A stretch of 64,000 nt of DNA from an uncultured bacterium (GCA_947169285.1 CAMVPB010000001.1:4273-68272); one strand, 5' to 3'; positions 35,134-45,187 are shown, numbered from the stretch's first letter. Translations and numbers: made by a program. Notes: a model not told the origin generated them from the sequence alone.

Positions 35134-36447
35134 TTATATATTTTCATTACTTTTAGCATTTGTATCCAGTGTTGCAAATTCACCTTTTAAATAAAGTGGA
35201 TATGCTGCTGCGCCTATCATTGTAGCATTATCTGTACAATACTTTTTATCAGGTACATGCATTTCAACATTTATACTATTACACATTTTTTGAAGTTCCT
35301 CCCTAATGTGAGAGTTACTTGCTACTCCTCCAGCTATAAGTAAGTATTTTACATTGTAATCAAGTAATGCTTTTTTAGTCTTAGAAACTAAGTGCTCAGT
35401 AACTGCATCTTGAAATGATCTACACAAATCTTCTTTATTAACTTCATTACCCCTTTGATGTTCATTATGAACTAAATTATTAACATGACTTTTAATACCG
35501 CTAAAACTAAAATTATAAGATTCATCATTTAATATAATAGGCATTTTATAAGTATCTTTACCACTTAATGCAAGTTTTTCAACATTAGGTCCTCCCGGAT
35601 ATTCGAGCCCTAATATTTTAGCAACTTTATCATAACATTCACCAATTGCATCATCCAATGTACTTCCTAAATACTTAGAATTATTTTCATCTTCCATAAA
35701 TATTAAATCAGTATGCCCTCCACTTACTATTAATGAAATTAATGGGTATTTTAAAGTATTATTTATTTTATTAGCTGAAATATGTCCTAACATATGATTA
35801 ACTTTAATAAAAGGTTTATTATATATTAAAGACAATGTTTTAGCACATTCTAATCCAACTAAAAGACTACCAGTAAGTCCAGGAGCATAAGTACACGCAA
35901 AAGCATCCATATCTTCAAATTTCATATTAGCTTTCTTTAAACATTCATCTAATACTATAGTTATATTTTCCATATGCTTTCTTGAAGCTATCTCAGGTAC
36001 TACTCCACCATAATTCTTATGAATATCTATTTGTGAATTAATAATAGTTGCGATATCTTCTGTGCCATTTTTAACTATACTAACACTTGTTTCATCACAA
36101 GAAGATTCTATTGCTAATATATAAATATCTTTACTATATTCCATAATTAACGCTGTTTTATCTTTATAATATTTTTCCCTTTCACTTATTTTTTTAAATC
36201 CTAATTTTTTATATAAATTAATAGCAGGTGTATTTATTTCATTAACTTCTAACATAATTTTATAATTAGAGTTATTATCAATTATATATTTTAAAATTTT
36301 ATATGCGTATCCTTGTCTTCTCTTATCTTCATTGATATATACATCTGTTATATCTAAATGTTCATAAAGTTTTCTAATAATAACATAACCAATATCTTTT
36401 ATAAAATATTTAGTATCAAATTCATTTATTTTAATTTCTTCTATCAT
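35134..36447 (-). CDS. tsaD: fusion of a RimI-like GNAT acetyltransferase with tRNA t6A synthase TsaD
   Basis: The first ~105 aa are GNAT (RRQGYAYKIL, AINLYKKLGF). TsaD follows from ILAIESSCDETSVSIV, with GHISAN and GGVASN motifs. Confidence 0.85.
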   Translation of the reverse strand: MIEEIKINEFDTKYFIKDIGYVIIRKLYEHLDITDVYINEDKRRQGYAYKILKYIIDNNSNYKIMLEVNEINTPAINLYKKLGFKKISEREKYYKDKTALIMEYSKDIYILAIESSCDETSVSIVKNGTEDIATIINSQIDIHKNYGGVVPEIASRKHMENITIVLDECLKKANMKFEDMDAFACTYAPGLTGSLLVGLECAKTLSLIYNKPFIKVNHMLGHISANKINNTLKYPLISLIVSGGHTDLIFMEDENNSKYLGSTLDDAIGECYDKVAKILGLEYPGGPNVEKLALSGKDTYKMPIILNDESYNFSFSGIKSHVNNLVHNEHQRGNEVNKEDLCRSFQDAVTEHLVSKTKKALLDYNVKYLLIAGGVASNSHIREELQKMCNSINVEMHVPDKKYCTDNATMIGAAAYPLYLKGEFATLDTNAKSNENI

Positions 36448-36971
36448 TTTAAAGCCTCTATAACTTTTACATAATTAGCTTTTACTCCATGAACATTTAC
36501 TGGTTTTATTGTATCTATATAATCCATTATTTTTAATATATCTAATTTATTATCAACTCTATTATAATTTTTGTAATCTTCTAATGAATCAGTATATATT
36601 TCAAAATCATTTGTTCCAACATAATAACCTTTTGAGTCTTCAATAACACACATTTTGTTATCAATATCACTTGATACTAAATATGCTTTTAAACTACTAA
36701 TAGTATATATTGGAATATTTAATGAATAAGATATTGTTTTAGCAACAGTAAGTCCTATTCTAATACCAGTAAAACTTCCTGGTCCATTAACAACAACTAT
36801 TCTATTAAAATCATTTAATTTAATATTTTTTTCATTTAACATATCATTTATTAAAGGAAGTAAATGAGTTGAATGAGATTCACTTATTACTTCTTTAGTA
36901 AAAATATTATTTTTAAAAATAAATGAAACTGTTATTAATTCATCATGAGTATCTATAAATAAAGTATTCAT
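36444..36971 (-). CDS. tsaB: tRNA t6A synthase subunit TsaB (short form)
   Basis: LFIDTH.., VVVNGPGSFTGIRIGLTVAKT. Overlaps rimI-tsaD by 4 nt. Confidence 0.8.
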   Translation of the reverse strand: MNTLFIDTHDELITVSFIFKNNIFTKEVISESHSTHLLPLINDMLNEKNIKLNDFNRIVVVNGPGSFTGIRIGLTVAKTISYSLNIPIYTISSLKAYLVSSDIDNKMCVIEDSKGYYVGTNDFEIYTDSLEDYKNYNRVDNKLDILKIMDYIDTIKPVNVHGVKANYVKVIEALK

Positions 36972-37035
36972 ACTATCACCCTTTTTCGCTCATATTATAG
37001 CACAATAAGACAAAATAAGAAAGACTAAGTCTTTC

Positions 37036-38304
37036 TTATCTTTTAACTAATACTGGAGTCCCAATTTCTACATTTTCAAATACATCATCCATTACATCAA
37101 GTGGAATATTTACACATCCATGAGACCCATTTTTATGATACTCTTTTCCTCCAAAAGATTTTCTCCAACTCGCATCATGCATCCATTCACCCCTATTAAA
37201 TGCTAAACCATATCTAACAGTTACATTAAATTCAGGCCAATAAACATTTTCTTCTTTTTTGTAAACATCAAATACTCCACAATATGTAGGTGTTGAATCT
37301 TTACCTGTAACTATAGGTGTGTCTATAATTACTTTATCATCTACGTATACTTTCAAGTTTTGACTTGATATATCAATAATTACATAATTATCGCCTAAAG
37401 ATTGAGAATGTTTTTTAGAAACATATCCAAATGTACCATTAACACTTACTAAATAATAGTCATCTGTTTGAGCATAAACTTCTGCAATTTCATTTTTAGA
37501 GATATTTTTTATTATTTCAAAACTATCAATATTGTATAATGGTGTTTCACTTATCATAAACACTATATCAGATGCTTGATTCTTATTTTTATAATTGTTA
37601 ATTATTTTAGAATATTCTTTAAAAACATATCCAACGCCACCATTATATTCAACTTCATACCATTCATCATTATAATCACTAATTAAAGGTAATCTTTCAC
37701 CTTTAGATAATTGATCTAATACATCACAATTTGTATTAGATTCACATCTTACATTAACTTTTGCAGTTGCTTCTATAAAACTAACTGAGTCTAAATAATA
37801 ATCTAATTCTTTATTGGAATCAATTACAGGAATTTGATTGTTAGTTGGGAATTCATAAGATTTAACAATTTCTATATATTCTTTATTAATATATGCAATT
37901 TCACCATCATATTCCACTTTGGCCCATCCATCTAAATCACTTAACAATTTTAATGATTGACCTTTAAAAAGCATACCTAATTTTTCACTTTTTTTATTGG
38001 CATTTGCTCTAATATTAACATTCTCAGTAGCAGTTACGTAATAAGACATTTTTAATTCATCTTCTATGATTTGCTCAATTTCTGAATTTATATATTCTTG
38101 TTCTTCTTTACTTTCATCATTACTATGATGCAAAACCAAATCATCTTGATTTAATTCAACTGTATCTTCTACAATCTCTACAGTTTTATTGCTATATATA
38201 TTATCTTTTTGGCTATCATTACTTTTTTTAGCACAAGCTAAACCAGTACTAAGAGTACCAGCAAGTATTAAAGACACTAGTCTCCTTGGCATTTTAATTT
38301 TCAT
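37036..38304 (-). CDS. lipoprotein with three SH3b-like domains and a C-terminal YkuD L,D-transpeptidase domain
   Basis: Lipobox LSTGLAC. Repeated N(I/V)R...W.KVEY.G..(A/G)Y(I/V) SH3b-like modules. Catalytic GSHGCVNIP near the C-terminus. Confidence 0.8.
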   Translation of the reverse strand: MKIKMPRRLVSLILAGTLSTGLACAKKSNDSQKDNIYSNKTVEIVEDTVELNQDDLVLHHSNDESKEEQEYINSEIEQIIEDELKMSYYVTATENVNIRANANKKSEKLGMLFKGQSLKLLSDLDGWAKVEYDGEIAYINKEYIEIVKSYEFPTNNQIPVIDSNKELDYYLDSVSFIEATAKVNVRCESNTNCDVLDQLSKGERLPLISDYNDEWYEVEYNGGVGYVFKEYSKIINNYKNKNQASDIVFMISETPLYNIDSFEIIKNISKNEIAEVYAQTDDYYLVSVNGTFGYVSKKHSQSLGDNYVIIDISSQNLKVYVDDKVIIDTPIVTGKDSTPTYCGVFDVYKKEENVYWPEFNVTVRYGLAFNRGEWMHDASWRKSFGGKEYHKNGSHGCVNIPLDVMDDVFENVEIGTPVLVKR

Positions 38305-38372
38305 ATAATATCCCCCTTAAATATTGGGCATATTATATCATAAAACTTAATAAAAATCAAATAAAAAGGGTT

Positions 38373-38825
38373 CTAAAGAACTCTTTCACACAAATCTACA
38401 TACTTTTCTCCATAAGGTGTTATTAAAAATACTCTTGTATTTTCATCTATCATTTTTATTTTAATTTCAAGTCTATTTTTAGGAAGTTGTTCTGGTATCA
38501 TATCAGACCATTCTATAATAGTTACACCTCTTTTTTTAAAATAATCAGACAACCCTAAGTCTTCCTTAACATCATTTATTCTATATACATCTATATGATA
38601 AAGTCTACTATTGTCTTCTCCTATATATTCTTTGATTATATTAAAAGTTGGAGAAGTGACATTTTCTTTAATACCCATTGAAGATGCAAAACCTTTAGTA
38701 AATAAAGTTTTACCACTTCCAAGGTCGCCCTCTAAACATATTACCATATTAGGAAATCTTTCTGACTCAATATTTTGTGCTAATTCTATTGTATCTTCTT
38801 CTGAATTACTTGTTATTTTATACAT
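38373..38825 (-). CDS. tsaE: tRNA t6A synthase ATPase subunit TsaE
   Basis: LEGDLGSGKT P-loop, SPTF and HIDVYR motifs; 150 aa. Confidence 0.85.
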   Translation of the reverse strand: MYKITSNSEEDTIELAQNIESERFPNMVICLEGDLGSGKTLFTKGFASSMGIKENVTSPTFNIIKEYIGEDNSRLYHIDVYRINDVKEDLGLSDYFKKRGVTIIEWSDMIPEQLPKNRLEIKIKMIDENTRVFLITPYGEKYVDLCERVL

Positions 38826-38962
38826 CTTTCTATCACCTTAATTTCATTGTATCAATGCTTATATTTTATTACAATACCTTTTTACACATTTTACACATTT
38901 TATTTTAGGTATACAACTATACTCAATTTTTTATAACACATATATTAGTCTAGGAGGGTATT

Positions 38963-39469
38963 ATGTATTATGATGAAAATAACAATTACTTTGAATACAA
39001 TAATGAAATAAATAAGGATTATTTTAATGTTAATAATTCAAAAAAATATGATATGTATAATGAAATTAATATATCTAATCCAACATTTAATACAGTCACA
39101 TATAGAAATAGCAATTTATTTACTCCTACCGAGGGGTTAAATAAAGGAAATATGTTTAAAAACTTATATGATCCTTATAAAAATTATATATACAAAGTAA
39201 CTGTTAGGGGAAAAAGAGAAGAATTATTATTGTCTATTCAAGAATTAACATTTGCTTTAAAAGACTTAAATTTATATCTTGATTTACATCCCAATGACAA
39301 AAATGCTTTAGAAACATTTAAAAACTATTCTGAAGAATTAAAACGCCATAAAGAAATTTATAATAAAGAATATTCATCTTTATGTGCATTTGATTCTAAT
39401 AAGAATTATTTTGATTGGGTAAAAAGTCCTTGGCCTTGGGATAATATGGGAGGTAATACTTATGTTTAA
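38963..39469 (+). CDS. spore-coat CotJA-like and CotJB-like regions in a single ORF
   Basis: GLNKGNMFKNLYDPYKNY resembles the CotJA core. LLLSIQELTFALKDLNLYLDLHPND...YNKEY resembles CotJB. Overlaps cotJC by 8 nt. Confidence 0.65.
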   Translation: MYYDENNNYFEYNNEINKDYFNVNNSKKYDMYNEINISNPTFNTVTYRNSNLFTPTEGLNKGNMFKNLYDPYKNYIYKVTVRGKREELLLSIQELTFALKDLNLYLDLHPNDKNALETFKNYSEELKRHKEIYNKEYSSLCAFDSNKNYFDWVKSPWPWDNMGGNTYV

Positions 39470-40022
39470 ATATGAAAAAATGTTAGAGTATCCTATTAAT
39501 ATAAAGAAAAAAGATATAAAAATGGCAAAAAACTTACTTGCTCAATTAGGAGGATCAGATGGTGAATTAAGTGCTTCTTTAAGATACCTATGTCAAAGAT
39601 TTACTATGCCAGATGATAAAGGAAAAGCACTTTTATCTGATATTGGAACAGAAGAATTAGGGCATGTTGAAATGATTAGTACAATGGTTGAGCAACTATT
39701 AAGAGATGCTTCTATTGAAGAACTTAAGAAAAATAATTTAGCTGGATGGTATGTATCACATAAAAAAGGAATATTTCCAGCTAATCAAGATGGAGTTCCT
39801 TTTACAACTGCATATATTCAGTCTACAGGTGACCCAATAGTTGATCTTCAAGAAGATATGGCTGCTGAAGAAAAAGCAAGAGCAACTTACGAAAACTTAA
39901 TGGATTTAACAGATGATGAAGATATACTTGCTCCACTTAGTTTCTTAAGACAAAGGGAAATTGTCCATTTTAATAGGTTCAAAGAACTTCATGATGAATA
40001 TAAAGAAATGTTAAAAAAATAA
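39462..40022 (+). CDS. cotJC: spore-coat protein CotJC (manganese-catalase family)
   Basis: GGSDGELSASLRYLCQR, EELGHVEM and ..EEKARATYE.. di-metal ligand blocks; 186 aa. Confidence 0.85.
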   Translation: MFKYEKMLEYPINIKKKDIKMAKNLLAQLGGSDGELSASLRYLCQRFTMPDDKGKALLSDIGTEELGHVEMISTMVEQLLRDASIEELKKNNLAGWYVSHKKGIFPANQDGVPFTTAYIQSTGDPIVDLQEDMAAEEKARATYENLMDLTDDEDILAPLSFLRQREIVHFNRFKELHDEYKEMLKK

Positions 40023-40115
40023 TCACTTCATAAAAAATATTAAAGTAAAAGCTTTAATATTTTTTCTTTATTATTAATAAAAATGAGGTATAATATTACT
40101 GAAAAAGGTGGTATT

Positions 40116-40826
40116 ATGCTAGAATTAATAGATATAGAATATAAAGTGAAGGGAAAAACTATACTTAATAAAATAAATTTAAAAATTGACACTAACAAAG
40201 TTTTAGTAATAACTGGACATAATGGAAGTGGTAAATCTACTTTATTAAAAATAATAATGGGTATTATAAAGCCAACAAGTGGAAAGATTTTATTAGATGG
40301 CAAAGATATTACTAAATTAAAAATAAATGAAAGAGCTGACTTAGGTCTTACATTTACATTTCAAACACCAATAACTTTTAAAGGTATAACAGTGTTTGAC
40401 CTTCTTTTAATGGCTAATAAAAAGTATCCAACTTATATAGATATGAAAGAAGCACTTGGTGGCGTTGGATTATGTGCTAGAGAATATATAGATAGAGAAG
40501 TTGATTCTTCACTATCTGGTGGTGAACTTAAAAGAATAGAACTTGCAACTGCATTAATAAAAAAAGGTAAATACTTAATGCTTGACGAACCTGAAGCTGG
40601 TATAGATTTATGGAGCTTTGATAGTTTAGTAAATACTATTAAAAATATTAAATCTAAAAATAATTTAAGTATGATTATAGTTTCACATCAACAAAAGATA
40701 TTAGATATTGCAGATGATATATTAGTTTTAGATGGTGGTAATATCAAATATTATGACAAAAAAAGAAAGGTATTAAAAAAGATTAAACCATCAGGAGGAT
40801 GTAAAGAATGCAAAATGAATTATTAG
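40116..40826 (+). CDS. sufC: SufC-like Fe-S assembly ABC ATPase
   Basis: Walker A GHNGSGKST, signature LSGGELKRIE, Walker B LMLDEPEAG. The start is set at the ATG preceded by AAAGGTGG; the ORF track begins 33 nt earlier. Confidence 0.7.
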   Translation: MLELIDIEYKVKGKTILNKINLKIDTNKVLVITGHNGSGKSTLLKIIMGIIKPTSGKILLDGKDITKLKINERADLGLTFTFQTPITFKGITVFDLLLMANKKYPTYIDMKEALGGVGLCAREYIDREVDSSLSGGELKRIELATALIKKGKYLMLDEPEAGIDLWSFDSLVNTIKNIKSKNNLSMIIVSHQQKILDIADDILVLDGGNIKYYDKKRKVLKKIKPSGGCKECKMNY

Positions 40827-41716
40827 AAAAGATAAGTGATTATAAAATAGATAATAATGTTGCCCACAATATCAGAGAAAATGGTGAATCTATAAGTAGA
40901 GTTGAAACAGAAAATATTAAAATTGAAACAAAAAAAGACAAACCAGGAATTAACATTTACATAAAGGAAAACACAAAAGAAGAATATGTTCACATACCTG
41001 TTATTATTACAAAAACAAATTATAAAGAAACAGTATATAATGACTTTTATGTAGGAAAAAATGCTGATGTAACAATTGTAGCCGGTTGTGGAATACATAA
41101 TGACTGTGAAACAGAATCTGCACATAACGGAATACATACTTTTCATATTGAAAAGGGAGCTAATGTTAAATATATAGAAAAGCATTATGCAGATGGATTA
41201 TATGATAATAATAAGTTTATTAACACAGATACTATTATTAATTTAGATAATAATTCATCAATGATCATGGAAACAGCTCAAATAAGTGGTATTGATAAAG
41301 CAATTAGAAAAACAAATACTATCTTAAAAGATGATTCTACATTAAAGATAAAAGAAACACTTATGTCAGATAATAAGGAAGAAATTGAAACTAATTTTGA
41401 TATAAAAATGGAAGGTAAAAATTCAAATGCTGATGTTTCATCTAAATCAGTTTCTAGAAAAGATTCAAAACAAACATTTAAATCAAATGTAGAAGGAAAT
41501 AATAAATGTTTTGCACATGTTTCATGTGATGCAATCGTAATGGAAAACTCAAAAGTCACATCTATTCCTGCAATAATTGCTAATTCAAAAGAAGCAGAAA
41601 TTTCTCATGAGGCAGTAATTGGTAAAATAGCAACTGATCAAATAACTAAACTAATGTCATTAGGGCTTACAGAATCAGAAGCAGAAGAAAAAATATTAGA
41701 AGGTTTTTTAAAATAA
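40808..41716 (+). CDS. short SufB/SufD-family Fe-S scaffold protein
   Basis: The C-terminal block EAEISHEAVIGKIATDQITKLMSLGLTESEAEEKILEGFL is typical of SufB/D. Overlaps sufC. Confidence 0.65.
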   Translation: MQNELLEKISDYKIDNNVAHNIRENGESISRVETENIKIETKKDKPGINIYIKENTKEEYVHIPVIITKTNYKETVYNDFYVGKNADVTIVAGCGIHNDCETESAHNGIHTFHIEKGANVKYIEKHYADGLYDNNKFINTDTIINLDNNSSMIMETAQISGIDKAIRKTNTILKDDSTLKIKETLMSDNKEEIETNFDIKMEGKNSNADVSSKSVSRKDSKQTFKSNVEGNNKCFAHVSCDAIVMENSKVTSIPAIIANSKEAEISHEAVIGKIATDQITKLMSLGLTESEAEEKILEGFLK

Positions 41717-41736
41717 TTTAAAAGATAATGATTTAC

Positions 41737-42057
41737 TTATTCATTATCTTTTTTATATATATAATTTTTATTATATTTTAAAATTTTTATATTATCTTTT
41801 TTTAAATCTTCACTCATTAGAACATCTTTAGGTAAGTGTTTAATATTAATTTGATTAAAGTATTCAGCAATATATAATGCTATTTTTCTATCTACAAATA
41901 ATCCATTTTCAGTAACAAAACCTTGCTCACTATTTCTTAATGTACCTATTGGTTCCATAGGAAAAATTGCATAATGACCTTTTCTAGATATATAAATACA
42001 ATTACCATATAATAAAGCTGAACAAACAATTTTTCCGTATTCTTCAAAATTAACCAT
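41737..42057 (-). CDS. hypothetical protein
   Basis: 106-aa ORF with no recognised motif. Confidence 0.4.
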   Translation of the reverse strand: MVNFEEYGKIVCSALLYGNCIYISRKGHYAIFPMEPIGTLRNSEQGFVTENGLFVDRKIALYIAEYFNQINIKHLPKDVLMSEDLKKDNIKILKYNKNYIYKKDNE

Positions 42058-42095
42058 TATTACACCACTTTCAGTAATTATTATATCATTATATA

Positions 42096-43004
42096 TTAAT
42101 AAAAATCTTTCTTATTAAATATCTTAATACTAATTATTATAAAAAATAAACTATATGTTAAAAGAATTATTATTCCTAGAAATATATTAAAATTTACATT
42201 ATATTCAATATTTAATAAATATATAGAATAAATATCTTTAAATATACTAAAATCCAAATAAGGTATAAATGTATATATAATATATTTAAATTTAATGCTT
42301 AAAAAGAAATTAAGTATAACTGGACTCATAATAAATAGTACACTATTAAATGGGATTATTGCTTTTTGATTTTTTATAAAAGTTGTTAAAAATATTGTAA
42401 ATGTTGATAAAAAATATATAGGAATAGAATTAATCACATATTTTATTAAATACTTAATTACATATGAAACACTTATAATACTTTTATTAAATATCATATA
42501 GTCTTTTAAATTAAATATATTTATTTTAGTTAATATAGAAGTAAATATAACATAACTAACAAATATTAATAAAGATAATAAAAAAGTTATTATATAAACC
42601 ACTAAGTATTTTGATATAAGTATTTTTGATCTTTTATATGGTTTAGTTAACAATTCTTTTATACTTTTTTTATTAATCTCATTACCTAAAATGGATGAAG
42701 AAATTATTATTATAATTATTGAACTAAAAATTAATAAAGTTACTCCATTATCTATTATTTTATTTAATTTAATATTTGATTTACTATTTATTTTATTTAT
42801 ATTAGTAGCAAGTTTATTATAATCATCTGTTAAATTCCTTTTATCTGCCATTTCAATTATTGGATATTGATTATATTTGTTGTCTACTTTTTTATAAGAT
42901 ATATAACACGTTAAGAAAGAAGAAATTAATATAATAAGTAGTAATACTCTAAAACTAATTTTTTTAAATATTTTTAGTATCTCACATTTTATTAATCTAA
43001 TCAT
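42096..43004 (-). CDS. ABC-2-type transporter permease
   Basis: About six TM helices. Overlaps the upstream ABC ATPase gene by 8 nt. Confidence 0.6.
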   Translation of the reverse strand: MIRLIKCEILKIFKKISFRVLLLIILISSFLTCYISYKKVDNKYNQYPIIEMADKRNLTDDYNKLATNINKINSKSNIKLNKIIDNGVTLLIFSSIIIIIISSSILGNEINKKSIKELLTKPYKRSKILISKYLVVYIITFLLSLLIFVSYVIFTSILTKINIFNLKDYMIFNKSIISVSYVIKYLIKYVINSIPIYFLSTFTIFLTTFIKNQKAIIPFNSVLFIMSPVILNFFLSIKFKYIIYTFIPYLDFSIFKDIYSIYLLNIEYNVNFNIFLGIIILLTYSLFFIIISIKIFNKKDFY

Positions 43005-43863
43005 TAGTTTCTCCTATCAACGATAAGAAATCGCTTTCTAAACTACTAGTTTCTGAAACTTTAAATATTTTTATATCATTCTTTATTAACTCTTTACTTA
43101 TTAATAAATATTCTTCATCAGTTACCTCTATTTCTAATTCTCTATTTGTACTATATGGATATAAAATTTTTTTGGTTAATGGGATATTATCCACATAAAA
43201 TTTATATTTCTTTTTATTATGATTTACTTCTTTTATATCTATTATTTTACCATTATCAATAAACATAACTTTATCACATATATTTTCTATTTCATTTAAC
43301 ATATGTGATGTTATTATTACAGATACTCCATTTAAAGATTTGATAAAATCTCTTAAATCTTTTATACCAACTGGGTCAAGTCCATTGGTTGGTTCATCTA
43401 ATATTAATAATTTAGGATTATTGAGTATTGATACCCCTATACCTAATCTTTCCTTCATTCCAAGTGAATATATCTTTAACTTTTTATATTCACTCCCTTC
43501 AAGAGAAATTAACTTTATTATTTCATCAACTCTTTTTTTAGGAATACCTTTAAACATTTTTCTATAAATTTCTAAATTATCTTTACCAGATAAATAATCA
43601 TACATTATAGGGACTTCTATCATACATCCTACATTTTTTATAGCTTTTTCATAATCTTTTTTTAAATCAAAACCATTAATTATTATCTCTCCAGTAGTTG
43701 GATGTATTAATCCTACAATTGTTTTTAAAAGTGTAGTTTTGCCACTCCCGTTTTTTCCAACAACACCTAATATTTCCCCTTCTTCCAAACTAAAAGAAAT
43801 ATTATCTAATAAATTCTTTTTTCCTACCTTTTTAGTTAAATTTTTAACTTCAATTATTTTCAT
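42997..43863 (-). CDS. ABC transporter ATP-binding protein
   Basis: GKNGSGKTT, LSLGMKERL and LILDEPTNGLD motifs. The start is set at MKIIEVKNL after a GAGGTG RBS. Confidence 0.85.
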   Translation of the reverse strand: MKIIEVKNLTKKVGKKNLLDNISFSLEEGEILGVVGKNGSGKTTLLKTIVGLIHPTTGEIIINGFDLKKDYEKAIKNVGCMIEVPIMYDYLSGKDNLEIYRKMFKGIPKKRVDEIIKLISLEGSEYKKLKIYSLGMKERLGIGVSILNNPKLLILDEPTNGLDPVGIKDLRDFIKSLNGVSVIITSHMLNEIENICDKVMFIDNGKIIDIKEVNHNKKKYKFYVDNIPLTKKILYPYSTNRELEIEVTDEEYLLISKELIKNDIKIFKVSETSSLESDFLSLIGETND

Positions 43864-44026
43864 ATTCGCACCTCTTGTAAGCATATTATCAAATTAAAAA
43901 AGAGTATGCAAATCGATAAAATTAACATTCATAAAATAAAAAAATAACTTTGTTTATAGACAAAATTATTTTTTATTATATGTTTAACACTAATAAAATT
44001 TGAATATATACAAATTTCAAAAAAAT

Positions 44027-44986
44027 TTATTTATCATTTAAATCAAGATTTTCTTCTACTATTAAATCTTTAAACAATTCTCTAAAGTTTACTAATTCTT
44101 TTTCTTTAGAATCATCATAAACTGACTTAGTTCTACATATTGCTTTATAAAAATGTTTTAATCTTACTTCTTTAGAATTTTCAAATAAAGCCATAGAAAA
44201 TGCATTTGTTAAAAGTGTCAAAGCAATATCTGGATATCTATTACCTATTTCATATACTCTTTTATATTCATCAGTCAAATTTACAATAAATCTAAATAGT
44301 TTTTCTTTAATAAAATCTGTATATGGTATTTTAACACCAGTTTTCTTTTCAAATTTAGGATAAGTACCCATTAATATTTTCACAGTTTCATCAATAGTTG
44401 GTTCTAAAACATCTACTCTTAAAAATCTTCTTAAAAATGCTCTATCTCTTAAAATATATTGTTCATATTCTTCAGTAGTAGTTGCTCCAATCATTTTAAT
44501 AGTTCCTCTATCAAGTCCTGGTTTTAACATATTAGCAAAGTCAACATTCATATTTGAAGTATTTCTACTCACTAATAAATGCACTTCATCTATAAATAAA
44601 ATAATATTTTCTTTTTGTTTTAATTCTTCAACTAATAATTCTAGTCTATTTTCCATATTGCCATCAACATTTGTTGTACCAAGTAAACTAGGAATATTAA
44701 TTTTTATTAATTGATATCCTTTTAAAGCATTAGGTATTTGTCCTTGCTGAATCCTATAAGCAAGTCCTTCAACAATTGCAGTCTTACCTATACCAGGTTT
44801 ACCTACTAATAATGCACTTTTTTCAGGAGTTAATAAAATCAAAATAGTTTCTTCTATTTCTTTATCTCTTCCTATTGCAGGATTAGTAACATATTCTTTA
44901 TTAATTAAATTCTCACCATAAGTATCTAATATACTAGGTCTATTAGAATTATTATTATCTTCAAAAAGTTCCACTTTTTCTTCCAT
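44027..44986 (-). CDS. stand-alone AAA+ ATPase resembling the D1 module of ClpA/B/C
   Basis: NPAIGRDKEIEE, Walker A VGKPGIGKTA, Walker B ILFIDEVH, and IGATTTEEYEQYI..DRAFLRRF..V.V.EPT..ET..IL. No Clp N-domain, D2 module or ClpP loop is present in its 319 aa. Confidence 0.65.
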   Translation of the reverse strand: MEEKVELFEDNNNSNRPSILDTYGENLINKEYVTNPAIGRDKEIEETILILLTPEKSALLVGKPGIGKTAIVEGLAYRIQQGQIPNALKGYQLIKINIPSLLGTTNVDGNMENRLELLVEELKQKENIILFIDEVHLLVSRNTSNMNVDFANMLKPGLDRGTIKMIGATTTEEYEQYILRDRAFLRRFLRVDVLEPTIDETVKILMGTYPKFEKKTGVKIPYTDFIKEKLFRFIVNLTDEYKRVYEIGNRYPDIALTLLTNAFSMALFENSKEVRLKHFYKAICRTKSVYDDSKEKELVNFRELFKDLIVEENLDLNDK

Positions 44987-45059
44987 AAAAAATCCCTCTT
45001 TATTTATATAAATTATTATAACATAAAATTATATTTTAAAAAATATTTTATTAAATTTA

Positions 45060-45088
45060 TTGACAATTAAAACTACTTTTACTATAAT
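45060..45088 (+). promoter_or_regulatory. consensus sigma-A promoter for tRNA-Asn (TTGACA-17 nt-TATAAT)
   Basis: TTGACA at 45060-45065 and TATAAT at 45083-45088. The tRNA begins 14 nt downstream. Confidence 0.75.
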
Positions 45089-45101
45089 ACTATTTGCAAG
45101 T

Positions 45102-45177
45102 GCCTGATTAGCTCAGTCGGTAGAGCAACTGGCTGTTAACCAGTGGGTCGCAGGTTCGAGTCCTGCATCAGGCGCCA
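45102..45177 (+). tRNA. tRNA-Asn (anticodon GTT)
   Basis: GCCTGATTAGCTCAGTCGGTAGAGC...CTGGCTGTTAACCAG...GCAGGTTCGAGTCCTGCATCAGGCGCCA forms a cloverleaf with anticodon loop CTGTTAA. Confidence 0.9.
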
Positions 45178-45187
45178 TTTATAAATT

